Shown piece after piece: positions 1 to 8,646 of a DNA stretch of 64,000 nt (positions are counted from its first letter, which is position 1; every line of letters starts with the position of its first letter). The DNA comes from Candidatus Calidihabitans tengchongensis (GTDB taxonomy: Bacteria; Sysuimicrobiota; Sysuimicrobiia; Sysuimicrobiales; Kaftiobacteriaceae). The notes beneath the pieces were generated by a model. That model worked only from the letters and a program-made list of their open reading frames with translations, was not told the DNA's origin and ran no database searches. The stretch is taken from the NCBI GenBank assembly GCA_031459615.1, contig JAVKIE010000009.1:8291-72290 (forward strand). Direction: 5' to 3'. The position numbers and the translations under genes are program-made.

Positions 1-432
1 AACCCCCACTCAAACCCGACCGAAGACCTCCGCCGGTGGGACATGGCGCTCACCGCCCGCGGGCCTCAGGCGCCCGTCTGGGGGGTGGCGGTAGACGACT
101 GTCACCACGCCGGGCAGTTCGACCGGGGCTGGATCATGGTGAAGGTGCCGGCGGTGACCGCGGAGGCCCTGCGCGCGGCCCTGCTGGGCGGGGCGTTTTA
201 CGCGTCCACAGGGCTGTCGGGGGAAGTGACGGTGTCGGACGGGCGCATCGACGTCCGGGTGGACGAGCCCGCCCGGATCCGGTTTGTCGGCCGGGGAGGC
301 CGGCTCCTGGCGGAGGCGCGGGGAACGGCCGCCGGCTACCGTCCCGACGGGACGGAAGGCTACGTGAGGGTGGAGGCCACCTCCGGCGGACGGGCCCTGT
401 GGTCGCAACCGTTGTGGGTTGCGCCGGAGTGA
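1..432 (+). CDS. 3' end of a hypothetical protein; the gene begins upstream of the window. It may be a PHP/CehA-like metallohydrolase, which is uncertain.
   Basis: Frame 1 is open from base 1 to a TGA at 430-432. There is no recognisable conserved motif apart from His/Asp-rich stretches. Confidence 0.35.
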   Translation, partial: NPHSNPTEDLRRWDMALTARGPQAPVWGVAVDDCHHAGQFDRGWIMVKVPAVTAEALRAALLGGAFYASTGLSGEVTVSDGRIDVRVDEPARIRFVGRGGRLLAEARGTAAGYRPDGTEGYVRVEATSGGRALWSQPLWVAPE

Positions 433-537
433 GGATGTCTATGGCGGCCCGACGACCGGGCACCACCGGGAAGAGGATTTGCTCTCAGTGTGGGGAAACC
501 ACGGGGCAGGAACGGTGTGGGAAGGAGCATCCGCCCG

Positions 538-615
538 ATGATCGGACCTGAGGTGTACATTCTCCTGGGGCTGATCCTGCTGGTCTGGTTCATGCGTCAG
601 GCCGCGGGTGAATAG
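538..615 (+). CDS. Candidate 25-aa single-helix membrane mini-protein, MIGPEVYILLGLILLVWFMRQAAGE.
   Basis: ATG at 538 is preceded by GGAAGGAG with about 9 nt spacing, and a TAG stop lies at 613-615. The core is hydrophobic. The ORF is below the track's length cutoff. Confidence 0.3.
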   Translation: MIGPEVYILLGLILLVWFMRQAAGE

Positions 616-689
616 ACCCGACGGTCGCGCGTCGTCCTCCCACCGGCCCGTGCGCCTCTCGGTGAGGCCGCCTCTCACCGGTCCTCCGG

Positions 690-2258
690 ATGTCTGAAGC
701 CCCGCGCTCGTCCGTCTGGCCCGGGTGGTGGCTTGCGGCAGCCGTGGCTGTCCTGGCGGCGGGCCTGAATCTCCCCCTCACAGACGGCGATACGGCGCTG
801 TACGCCACGGTCGCCCGGGACGCGCTGGCCCGCGGAGAGTGGGTCGCCTACACCTTCCGGGACGGGCGCGTCTTCGACAAGCCGCCGCTGACCCTCTGGC
901 TGCTGCAGGTTTCCATCGCCGCGTTCGGGACGGCGGAGTGGGCGGTGCGGTTGTGGCATCTGGCGCTGGCGCTGGCGACCGCCGGCGCGACCTACCGGCT
1001 GGCGCGCCTGGTCCTTCCGGTGCGGGAGTCGCTGCTGGCCGCGGTGGTCCTGCTGACCTCGGCGCAGTTCTTCTACCAGGCCCTGGTCCCCCAGCAGGAC
1101 GTGCCGCTGACGCTGTTCGTGGCCCTGGCGGTGTACGGCTACCTGCGCTGGGAGGCGGACGGGCGCGTGGTCTGGGCCGTCGTGGCGGGGGTGGCGGCCG
1201 GGCTGGCCGTCCTGTCCAAGGGGCTGGTGGGGGTGGTGCTGCCGGCTCTGGTCGCGGGGACGCGGCTGGTCGTGGACCGTCCGCGGCCTCCCGCCCGGTG
1301 GCCGGTGGCGCTGGCCGTCGCGGCCGCCGCGTGCCTGGCGGTGGCCGCCCCGTGGTTTGTGGCGGCCGGACTGCGCCAGGGCCGGGAGTTTGTGGAGACG
1401 TTCTTCGGGGGCGGGACTCTGGGCGTGGGCCGCTTCTTCCGTCCGGCCCTGTCCGCGCCGGGGTGGGTGCCGGCTGCGGCCGGGCTGTTCGCCTACGCGG
1501 TCTTCCTGCCGCTGGGCCTGCTGCCCTGGACGGGGTGGCTGTGGCCGGCGCTGCGGGAGGGCCTCCGCGCGCGCGATCGCGTGCTGCGGGTGTGCTTTCT
1601 GTGGGTTGTGGCGGTGCTGGTCTTTCTGTCGGTGTCGCCGGGAGACAAGGTCATCCGGTTCCTGCTGCCGGTCTTTCCGCCGGCGTCCGTGCTGCTCGCC
1701 TCCGTCGTGTCCGACCCTCGCAGGATCCGGGGGGCGTCGGCGGTCTCGCTGGCGGCAGGGGGCCTGCTGACGGCGGCCCTGGTGACGCTGGCGGCGGCCC
1801 CGCTGCCGGCCGAAGTGACGCCGTTCCGGCCGGTGGCAGCCGCCCTGCTGCTGCCGCTGGCCGGGGGGCTGGCGGTGTCCTCGCTCCTCCTGCGGACGAG
1901 AGCCGGCCGCTCCGCAGTCCCCGCGCTGGCCGCGGCGGCGCTTGCCGGCTACAGCCTTCTCCTGGTGGCGACGGCCCGCCAGTGGGACCGGATGTCCCCG
2001 TGGAGGCCGGTGGCCAGGATGGTGGAAGTGGCGGCCGCCGAGGACACCCACGTCCTCGTCGAAGGCGAGCCGACACCGTTCGCCTGGTTCTACATCCGGC
2101 GGCCGGTGCGCTTTGTCTCCCGCGACGGGCTGGCGGCCGAGTGGACGAGCGGGCGGGTCGTGGCCGTCATGCCCGTGGACATGGTGGCCGCCCTGCCCGG
2201 TCCTCCGGTGGTGGTGGGCGGCGCCCCGGGCGGGCTGGTGGTGGTCAAGAACTACTAG
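690..2258 (+). CDS. GT39/GT83-type polyprenyl-phosphate-sugar transferase (ArnT/PMT family), a polytopic membrane protein.
   Basis: The 522-aa product has many TM helices. Its N-terminal region has the DxD...KPPL signature (DGDTALY...DKPPLTLW) typical of ArnT/PMT glycosyltransferases. Confidence 0.75.
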   Translation: MSEAPRSSVWPGWWLAAAVAVLAAGLNLPLTDGDTALYATVARDALARGEWVAYTFRDGRVFDKPPLTLWLLQVSIAAFGTAEWAVRLWHLALALATAGATYRLARLVLPVRESLLAAVVLLTSAQFFYQALVPQQDVPLTLFVALAVYGYLRWEADGRVVWAVVAGVAAGLAVLSKGLVGVVLPALVAGTRLVVDRPRPPARWPVALAVAAAACLAVAAPWFVAAGLRQGREFVETFFGGGTLGVGRFFRPALSAPGWVPAAAGLFAYAVFLPLGLLPWTGWLWPALREGLRARDRVLRVCFLWVVAVLVFLSVSPGDKVIRFLLPVFPPASVLLASVVSDPRRIRGASAVSLAAGGLLTAALVTLAAAPLPAEVTPFRPVAAALLLPLAGGLAVSSLLLRTRAGRSAVPALAAAALAGYSLLLVATARQWDRMSPWRPVARMVEVAAAEDTHVLVEGEPTPFAWFYIRRPVRFVSRDGLAAEWTSGRVVAVMPVDMVAALPGPPVVVGGAPGGLVVVKNY

Positions 2259-4578
2259 GGGACGACGCCGCGGGCCGGGGCAGCAGGGCCAGCACCTCCG
2301 CCGCGATCTGACTGACGGCTCCGGGGGGCCCCATCCGCTGCCGTCCTGCCTCGCCTCTGCGGGCCCGCTCGGCGGGATTTCCCAGCAGGCGCAGGACGGC
2401 CTCCGCGGCTTCGTCCCAGGAGCCCACCGCCACCACCGCATCTCCCAGGATGCGCTGCTGCAGCCGCAGGAACGGGCGCGTGAACTGGGGGCCGGGACCC
2501 GGGAACGCCACCACGGGTTTGCCCAGTCCCGCCGCCTGCTCGTTGGCGGTTCCGGCCAGCCCGACCACCACATCAGCGACGCGCACGGCCGCGCCGAAGG
2601 CGCCCGTCAGGCGCACGGCCGCCTCCGAAGAGCGCAGCACGTCTCCGTCCGCCTGCCACCCGGCCCGCACGGCTGTCGCGTGCACGCGGTCCAGGTCCAG
2701 AGACGGCGCCAGCGCGCACACGAGGTTGACCCGCTCCGTCCGGCCCACCCGGCCCGCCAGGGCCAGCAGCAGCTCCAGGTTGCCGTAGGCCTCCTGGCGG
2801 CTTCCCGGCAGCAGGAGTACCGTCGGCAGGCGCGGGTCCAGGCGGGGGTCCGTGCCGTCGGGGCCGATGGTGTCCATCAGGGGGTTGCCCACATGGCGCG
2901 CCGGGACGCCCCGGGCCGCCAGGGCCGAAGCGGTGAGGGCATCCCGGGCGAACACGACCGCGGGCAGCCGGCGCATCAGCCGCAGCTCCAGCCACTGGTG
3001 AGGCTCGCCGTGCTCGGATTTGGCCGTGGCGATGTAGACCACCGGCCGGCCGGCGTGGGCGGCCATCCACAGGCAGTAGAAGTCCCCAATCGCCACCACC
3101 GCGTCGAACCGGCCGCGGCACGCCCGCAGGGTGCGCCGCTGCTGCCACCACAGGCGCAGGACGCCGGCGCGCAGGTCGGCCAGCAGGCCCGGCAGGTGGT
3201 TGCGGAATCCGAACCCCCCCGAGGGCAGCGCGCGCCGGGGGTCCAGGAGCGGGATGTCGCGGTAGGCCGTGCCCAGGCCGACCAGGGGAAAGGCCGCCAC
3301 ATCTGCCGCCGGGCGCAAGGCCTGCGCCAGGACCATCCCCACGGCGTCCTCCCCGTGGCCGTTGCTGACCACCAGGACCGACGGCCGGCCCGCCAGCGGG
3401 GCCGGATCCCCGGAGACCGGGGCAGGCTGGCGATGTTGTGAGAATGCCGCCTGCACGGCGACCAGCATCCAGAACCCTGCCGCCACGTTGACGGTCATGA
3501 TTGTCCCGTCGAACTGCTCCCTCACCAGCAGGCCCACAAACGCCGCCAGCACCGCGGCGGCGAGGATCCGCTCCTCCCGCGTGGCCGCCGCGCGGCGCCA
3601 CCGGTAGCCGGCTGCCAGGGCGCCAGCGATCACGGCGACCAACGCCGCCAGCCCCACCAGTCCCCCTTCGGCCGCCGCGTTGAGGATGATATTGTGGGCG
3701 AACGCGCGGGGTATTGCATCGACCACGACGTAGTCCGGGTGCACCATCCAGAAAGTGTTCATCCCCGTCCCCACCAGCGGGTGGTCACGAAAGATGGCGA
3801 GGGCCGCCCGGGCCAGGGCGAGGCGGTCCTCGTTGGCGGCCGGATTGAAGATGGTGGCTGCCCGCTGCACAATCCCCGGTCCAGCCGAGGGGAACAGCAC
3901 CACCCAGACGGCGGCGGCGGCTGCCAGCGACACCAGTGCCGGTGCCACCCACCGTCCCCGCACCATCACGAGCAGTGCGACCACTCCCGCCGCGGCGCCC
4001 ACCCAGGACCCCCGGGAGTACGTGAGGGCGAGGGCGAGGACAGAGGTCGCTCCGGTCGCGGCGGCCAGCAGGCGGACCGCCCCCGCAGACGTCATCGCCA
4101 GGCCCAGGCTGAGGACGCACGCGATCATCAGCGTCGTCCCCAGCGGGTTTACCGACAGGGCCGGCAGCTCGGCCCGGCCGGTCAGCGGGGTACTGGCAAG
4201 GGTCCACACCGCCGCCCCCAGGCCGCCGGCGACCCACGCCCGGACCAGCGCCACCCCCAGCGAGGGCCTACCGCGCAGGTTCCGGTAGAAGGGGGCAAAT
4301 CCCGCCCACAGCACCAGGGCCGACAGCACGGCGGACCCCGTGGCGGTGCCGCGGTAGGGGGACGCCACCCCCGCCAGCAGAAACGCGGCGACAAATGCCG
4401 CCAGGGGCAGGTCCAGCGGGCTCCGCTCCCAGGGGATCCGCCGCGTCGCCAGGCCTTCTACGATGCCGAACACCAGCAGGAGGAACAGGCCCGCGGCCGC
4501 GTAGCCGGAGCTGAAGACCAGGGCGGTGCCCAGGATCAGCAGGCGTGTGAGGCGCGTCCACCAGGTCTCCTGGTTCAC
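2245..4578 (-). CDS. Fusion protein: an N-terminal O-antigen ligase (Wzy_C/WaaL-like) polytopic domain joined to a C-terminal lipid-A-disaccharide-synthase-related (LpxB-like, TIGR03492-type) glycosyltransferase domain.
   Basis: The 777-aa product starts at a GTG at 4578, overlapping the upstream gene's stop (GTGA). The N-terminal roughly 390 aa are TM-rich with a WaaL-like loop. The C-terminal roughly 380 aa (PSVLVVSNGHGED...) resemble LpxB-related proteins. Confidence 0.7.
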   Translation of the reverse strand: MNQETWWTRLTRLLILGTALVFSSGYAAAGLFLLLVFGIVEGLATRRIPWERSPLDLPLAAFVAAFLLAGVASPYRGTATGSAVLSALVLWAGFAPFYRNLRGRPSLGVALVRAWVAGGLGAAVWTLASTPLTGRAELPALSVNPLGTTLMIACVLSLGLAMTSAGAVRLLAAATGATSVLALALTYSRGSWVGAAAGVVALLVMVRGRWVAPALVSLAAAAAVWVVLFPSAGPGIVQRAATIFNPAANEDRLALARAALAIFRDHPLVGTGMNTFWMVHPDYVVVDAIPRAFAHNIILNAAAEGGLVGLAALVAVIAGALAAGYRWRRAAATREERILAAAVLAAFVGLLVREQFDGTIMTVNVAAGFWMLVAVQAAFSQHRQPAPVSGDPAPLAGRPSVLVVSNGHGEDAVGMVLAQALRPAADVAAFPLVGLGTAYRDIPLLDPRRALPSGGFGFRNHLPGLLADLRAGVLRLWWQQRRTLRACRGRFDAVVAIGDFYCLWMAAHAGRPVVYIATAKSEHGEPHQWLELRLMRRLPAVVFARDALTASALAARGVPARHVGNPLMDTIGPDGTDPRLDPRLPTVLLLPGSRQEAYGNLELLLALAGRVGRTERVNLVCALAPSLDLDRVHATAVRAGWQADGDVLRSSEAAVRLTGAFGAAVRVADVVVGLAGTANEQAAGLGKPVVAFPGPGPQFTRPFLRLQQRILGDAVVAVGSWDEAAEAVLRLLGNPAERARRGEAGRQRMGPPGAVSQIAAEVLALLPRPAASSPSSS

Positions 4579-5471
4579 TCTTTGAGGGCTCCTTCCAGGG
4601 TGTACAGGTAGTGGCGGTTCAGCACGCCGCGCAGCGCCAGGTCCGCCAGACCTCCCAGGCGGTGCCGTCTTAAGGCCGACGTCACGGCCCGGATGTTTTC
4701 GCGGGTCGTCAAGCCTCCTGCGGTCTGGAGCCAGTACAGCAGGCGGTGCAGCCGCGTGGCCTGGATGAGGATGCGGGTCTGAAAGGTGGGGTGCTTGCGG
4801 TAGAAGTGCACCGCGCTGCGGGCTCGGTCCTCTTCCTTCGCCAGGAGGGCATCCACATCGACGGGTCGGGCGGCCGGCGCCAGGTGGAACGCGACGGCCT
4901 GACGGCAGAACACCCGCCGCAGCCCCAGCCGCTGCAGCCGGAGCCCCAGCTCAAAGTCCTCCCACCCGTAGCCGGGGAAGTCCTCGTCAAACAGGCCCGC
5001 CCGCAGCAGAGCCGCTTTCTCCACGGCGGCGTTGGCGGTGGTCAGAAACGCCGGCGAGGGAGGGACCCACCGCAGCCGGGAGCGCCGGGCGGTGGCCGCG
5101 TCGGGCACGTCGACCACCGGCCCGCGGGAGACGACCCCCGGGCCGCGGCGGCGGTGGACGTCCAGGTGACGGTCGAGGAAATCGGGGCGGACCACGATGT
5201 CGCTGTCGATCAGGACCACCAGCGGCGCCGCCGCCTCCCGGATGCCGGCGTTGCGGGCGGCGCTGCGGCCGCGGTTGGACGGCAGCCGCACGGCGCGCAC
5301 CCGGGGGCTGAACTCCCGCAGCACGGCCGCCGTGTGGTCGGTGGACCCGTCGTCCACCACGATGACCTCGTAGCGGTCTGTGGGCAGCGTCTGGTCTACT
5401 AGCGACCGCAGGCACTCCCGCAGCAGCTCGGCCTGGTTGTAGGTGGGGACGACGACGGTCAGGTCAGGCAT
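4575..5471 (-). CDS. Family 2 glycosyltransferase.
   Basis: N-terminal VVVPTYNQAELL...VIVVDDGSTD is the classic GT2 signature. There is an 8-nt overlap with the upstream ABC exporter gene. Confidence 0.8.
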   Translation of the reverse strand: MPDLTVVVPTYNQAELLRECLRSLVDQTLPTDRYEVIVVDDGSTDHTAAVLREFSPRVRAVRLPSNRGRSAARNAGIREAAAPLVVLIDSDIVVRPDFLDRHLDVHRRRGPGVVSRGPVVDVPDAATARRSRLRWVPPSPAFLTTANAAVEKAALLRAGLFDEDFPGYGWEDFELGLRLQRLGLRRVFCRQAVAFHLAPAARPVDVDALLAKEEDRARSAVHFYRKHPTFQTRILIQATRLHRLLYWLQTAGGLTTRENIRAVTSALRRHRLGGLADLALRGVLNRHYLYTLEGALKE

Positions 5472-7203
5472 CGGGGGACGAGCGCGGGGAAACGTCCACC
5501 AGCTGCAGGCCGGCCAGCCGGGCGTAGACTCCGCCCCGGCGCAGCAGGTCTTCGTGGCGGCCTTCCTCCACGATGCGCCCGGCCTCCAGGACGACGATCC
5601 GGTCGGCCTTGCGCACCGTGGACAGCCGGTGGGCGATGATGAACGTGGTGCGGCCCTGCATCAGGCGGTCCAGGGCTTCCTGGATCAGGCGCTCGGACTC
5701 GGCATCCAGGGCCGAGGTGGCCTCGTCCAGGATGATGATGCGCGGGTCGGCCAGCACCGCGCGGGCGATGGCCAGGCGCTGGCGCTGCCCGCCCGAGAGC
5801 TCGACCCCGCCTTCGCCGACCATCGTGTCGTAGCCCCGGGGCAGGGCCAGGATGAAATCGTGGGCGTTGGCCACCTTGGCGGCCGCCACCACCTCCTCCT
5901 CGGACGCGTCGGGGCGGGCATAGGCGATGTTGTCGCGCACGGTGCCGACGAACAGCACCGTCTCCTGGGGGACCAGCCCCACCTGCCGGCGCAGCGACCG
6001 CAAGGTGACCGTCCGCAGGTCCCGACCGTCGATCTCCACCACGCCCCGGGTGGGGTCATAGAAGCGGGGGATCAGGTTGACCAGGGTGGACTTGCCGGCG
6101 CCGCTGGACCCCACGATCGCCACCCGCTCCCCGGCCCGCACGTCCAGCGACACGCCCCGCAGGACCATGTGGGAGCCGTCGTAGCTGAACCACACGTCCT
6201 GCATCCGCACGTCGCCCCGCACCGGCGGCAGGTCCTTGGCCTTTGGCGCGTCGGCCACACCCTCGGGTACCCGCAGCACCTCCATCACCCGGTCCAGCGC
6301 TCCCAGCCCCTGGCGCATCCCGGCGTACAGCCGGGACAGGGCGATGGCCGGCTCCACGGCGATCCCCGCATAGGCCAGGAACGACACCAGCGTCCCCGCC
6401 GTGATGGCGCCGGCGGTCACCATCCGCCCGCCCAGCCACAGGACGCCCACCAGGCCCAGAGCGGTGAAGAAGCTGACCACCGGCACCTGCACGGCCGTCA
6501 ACTGGCTGACCCGCAGGTTCTCGCGGAAGGTGCGCTCGTTCTCCTGGACGAACCGCCCGACCTCCCGCTCCTCCTGGACGAAGGCGCGGATGACCCGCGC
6601 GCCGCCGAACGCCTGGCGCAGCAGCGACGCCAGCCCGGCGACCCGCTCCTGGGCCCGCACCGAGACCCGCTGGATCTCCTGACCGAACGCGCGCGCGCTG
6701 CCCAGCAACAGCGGGACCACCACCAGCGTGTACAGGGCCAGCCGCCACTGAAGGATGAACAGCATCGCCGCAATGCCGACCAGCGTAAGAGCCGTGCCGA
6801 TGAAGTCCAGCAGACCCACCAGCAGGGCATTCTGCACCACCTGAGTGTCCTGCAGGCTGCGGGCAATGAGATCCCCGCTGGTCCATCCCGTGAACCGGTC
6901 CAGGGACCAGCGCTGGACCTTCTGGAAGATCATCCGCCGCAGGTCGGCGATCACCCGGTGGCCCAGGTACAGGCCGAAGTACAGCTGGCCGTACAGGAAC
7001 AGGCTGCGCAGGGCGAACGCCCCCAGCATGACCAGGGCGGCCTCGTCCAGCACCGCCAGGCTGCGCGTCCGGACGATGGCGTCGATGGTCAGCCCCGCAT
7101 AGCGCGGCACGAACAGCTGGGCCGCCGTGAGCAGGACCACGCACAGCACGCCCGCGCCCAGGTGGGGCCAGTAGGGGGCGATAAGGCGCGCCAGGCGTCT
7201 CAT
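5464..7203 (-). CDS. ABC exporter of the MsbA/lipid-flippase type, with a fused transmembrane and ATPase domain.
   Basis: Six-TM N-terminal half. The C-terminal half has Walker [10 protein letters not shown], signature LSGGQRQR and Walker [13 protein letters not shown]. The start codon forms an ATGA overlap with the stop of the lpxB-like gene. Confidence 0.85.
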   Translation of the reverse strand: MRRLARLIAPYWPHLGAGVLCVVLLTAAQLFVPRYAGLTIDAIVRTRSLAVLDEAALVMLGAFALRSLFLYGQLYFGLYLGHRVIADLRRMIFQKVQRWSLDRFTGWTSGDLIARSLQDTQVVQNALLVGLLDFIGTALTLVGIAAMLFILQWRLALYTLVVVPLLLGSARAFGQEIQRVSVRAQERVAGLASLLRQAFGGARVIRAFVQEEREVGRFVQENERTFRENLRVSQLTAVQVPVVSFFTALGLVGVLWLGGRMVTAGAITAGTLVSFLAYAGIAVEPAIALSRLYAGMRQGLGALDRVMEVLRVPEGVADAPKAKDLPPVRGDVRMQDVWFSYDGSHMVLRGVSLDVRAGERVAIVGSSGAGKSTLVNLIPRFYDPTRGVVEIDGRDLRTVTLRSLRRQVGLVPQETVLFVGTVRDNIAYARPDASEEEVVAAAKVANAHDFILALPRGYDTMVGEGGVELSGGQRQRLAIARAVLADPRIIILDEATSALDAESERLIQEALDRLMQGRTTFIIAHRLSTVRKADRIVVLEAGRIVEEGRHEDLLRRGGVYARLAGLQLVDVSPRSSPDA

Positions 7204-8564
7204 GGCCGCCTCTCCGATCCCGCCGCCAGGGACAGGGCGCAGGCAGCGACCCGGTCGGCCGCCCCGGCCTCCGCCGGGTACAGCCGCCGCAGGTCAGCGG
7301 TGATGGCCGCCCGGCGGTCCCGGTCGGCCAGGAGGTCGGCCACCCGGCGCGCCAGGTCGGCCGGGCTGAACCGGCCGACCCACTCGGGTACGACCGCGCG
7401 GACGGCCCGGATGTTGGGCAGGGCCACCAGCCGCGGCCGGCGGAAATACCACGCCGCCGCGGCTCGCTTGAAGAGCCTGCCGACCCCGGGCAGCCGGCTG
7501 GCCCACTCCAGCAGACCTTCGGCCGGCGCGCGGTCAATGAGGTCGAGCGGAACGATGACGGCAAACGGCACGCCGAGCAGGGCGAGCTCCATGGTGTTGG
7601 TGCCCGGGATGGTCAGGACCAGATCGCTGTGCCTCAGGCTCTGCCAGGGCTCGCCGGCGACCCACCGCACCGGCAGGTGAGGCCAGCCCTCGCGCACCCG
7701 CCGCTGCAGGGATGCGACCAGGGCCGGGGAGAGGAACGGGGAGGCGACCACCTGGAACGTCACCCCGGGGCGCAGGCCGGCCAGAGCATCCGCGGCCCGC
7801 AGGAAGAAGGGGACCAGCTCCCGGGCAAACCGGTCCCGGCTGCCCGGCAGGATGGAAACCACTTCGCTTTCCCGCTCGTGACCGAAATCGCCGGCGCGGC
7901 CCGCTTCCGCGTGCGCCGCATCGGCCATCTGCGTCGTCCACCCGTCTCGGAGAGTATCGTCCCCCCCACCCTTCGCCTTCTGACTCCCCTCTCCCCTCCG
8001 GTCCTGACTCCCCTCTCCCCTCCGGGGAGAGGGCGAGGGTGAGGGGGCATGCAGGACCCCAGTCAGGGCGTCCGCCCGGGGATCCCCCGTCACCACCACC
8101 TTGCCCGCGGGGACCCCCAGGCCCACCAGGCGGCGGGCCAGGTCCTCGGAGGTGGCGCAGATGGTCTCAAACGCCGCATGCCGACGGGCCACCAGCGGCG
8201 TCTCCACCAGCGCGCAGGCGGGAACACGCAGCCGGCGGGCCAGCCGCGCGGAGAACCACAGGTCCCCGCCCAGGTGGACCACGGTGGCCTGCGGCACGAT
8301 GTCCAGCGGCTTCAGCCCCAGGGCCACCCGCACCGCCTCCGCCGGTTCCAGGATCCGGTCAAACAGCCCCCAGCTCCGCGCCACCGCCGGCTCGCGCCCG
8401 CCCGCAAACTGGGTGGGCGACAGGACCAGTGTCACCCGCAGCCCCGGCGGGCCCGCGCGACGGGCGGCGTCCGCCACCGGACGGATCCACCCCGCCAGTT
8501 CGCCGGGGCCGTTGCCGGCGAGGATGAGGTCGACGATGTCGGGCAGCGCCGATCCGTGCGGCAT
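7200..8564 (-). CDS. Lipid-A-disaccharide synthase family (GT19, LpxB-like) glycosyltransferase with a low-complexity insertion.
   Basis: N-terminus IVDLILAGNGPGELAGWIRP and the overall length fit the LpxB family. It is the first gene of a four-gene minus-strand operon. Confidence 0.65.
   Translation of the reverse strand: MPHGSALPDIVDLILAGNGPGELAGWIRPVADAARRAGPPGLRVTLVLSPTQFAGGREPAVARSWGLFDRILEPAEAVRVALGLKPLDIVPQATVVHLGGDLWFSARLARRLRVPACALVETPLVARRHAAFETICATSEDLARRLVGLGVPAGKVVVTGDPRADALTGVLHAPSPSPSPRRGEGSQDRRGEGSQKAKGGGDDTLRDGWTTQMADAAHAEAGRAGDFGHERESEVVSILPGSRDRFARELVPFFLRAADALAGLRPGVTFQVVASPFLSPALVASLQRRVREGWPHLPVRWVAGEPWQSLRHSDLVLTIPGTNTMELALLGVPFAVIVPLDLIDRAPAEGLLEWASRLPGVGRLFKRAAAAWYFRRPRLVALPNIRAVRAVVPEWVGRFSPADLARRVADLLADRDRRAAITADLRRLYPAEAGAADRVAACALSLAAGSERRP
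7981..8028 (-). repeat. Perfect in-frame 2 x 24-bp tandem duplication inside the lpxB-like CDS. It encodes RRGEGSQD/RRGEGSQK and is followed by a complementary GA-rich segment at 8029-8048.
   Basis: tgactcccctctcccctccggtcc followed by tgactcccctctcccctccgggga is seen directly in the sequence. Confidence 0.8.
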
Positions 8565-8568
8565 GCTT

Positions 8569-8574
8569 CACGAT
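8569..8574 (-). promoter_or_regulatory. Perfect TATAAT -10 hexamer on the minus strand, 4 bp upstream of the lpxB-like ATG. This would give a leaderless or near-leaderless transcript.
   Basis: The plus strand reads attata, which reverse-complements to TATAAT. No convincing -35 element was found. Confidence 0.25.
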
Positions 8575-8646
8575 TATAGTGTCCCCCCCGGCACGGCGAA
8601 AGAACCGGAGGAGGGAGGGGAGGAGGGGAACCGAACCTGTCGCGAT

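Noticed and set aside
725-2311. A 528-aa Gly/Arg/Ala-rich ORF in an alternative frame of the GT39 gene.
   Set aside because: It is a pure low-complexity translation. Frame +3 (690-2258) encodes a recognisable polytopic glycosyltransferase.
8101-8646. The 5' extension of the LptD-like ORF, which overlaps the lpxB-like gene by 460 nt.
   Set aside because: The extended N-terminus is low-complexity and would sit antisense inside a conserved CDS. A GTG at 8647 gives a clean signal peptide immediately after the divergent gene.
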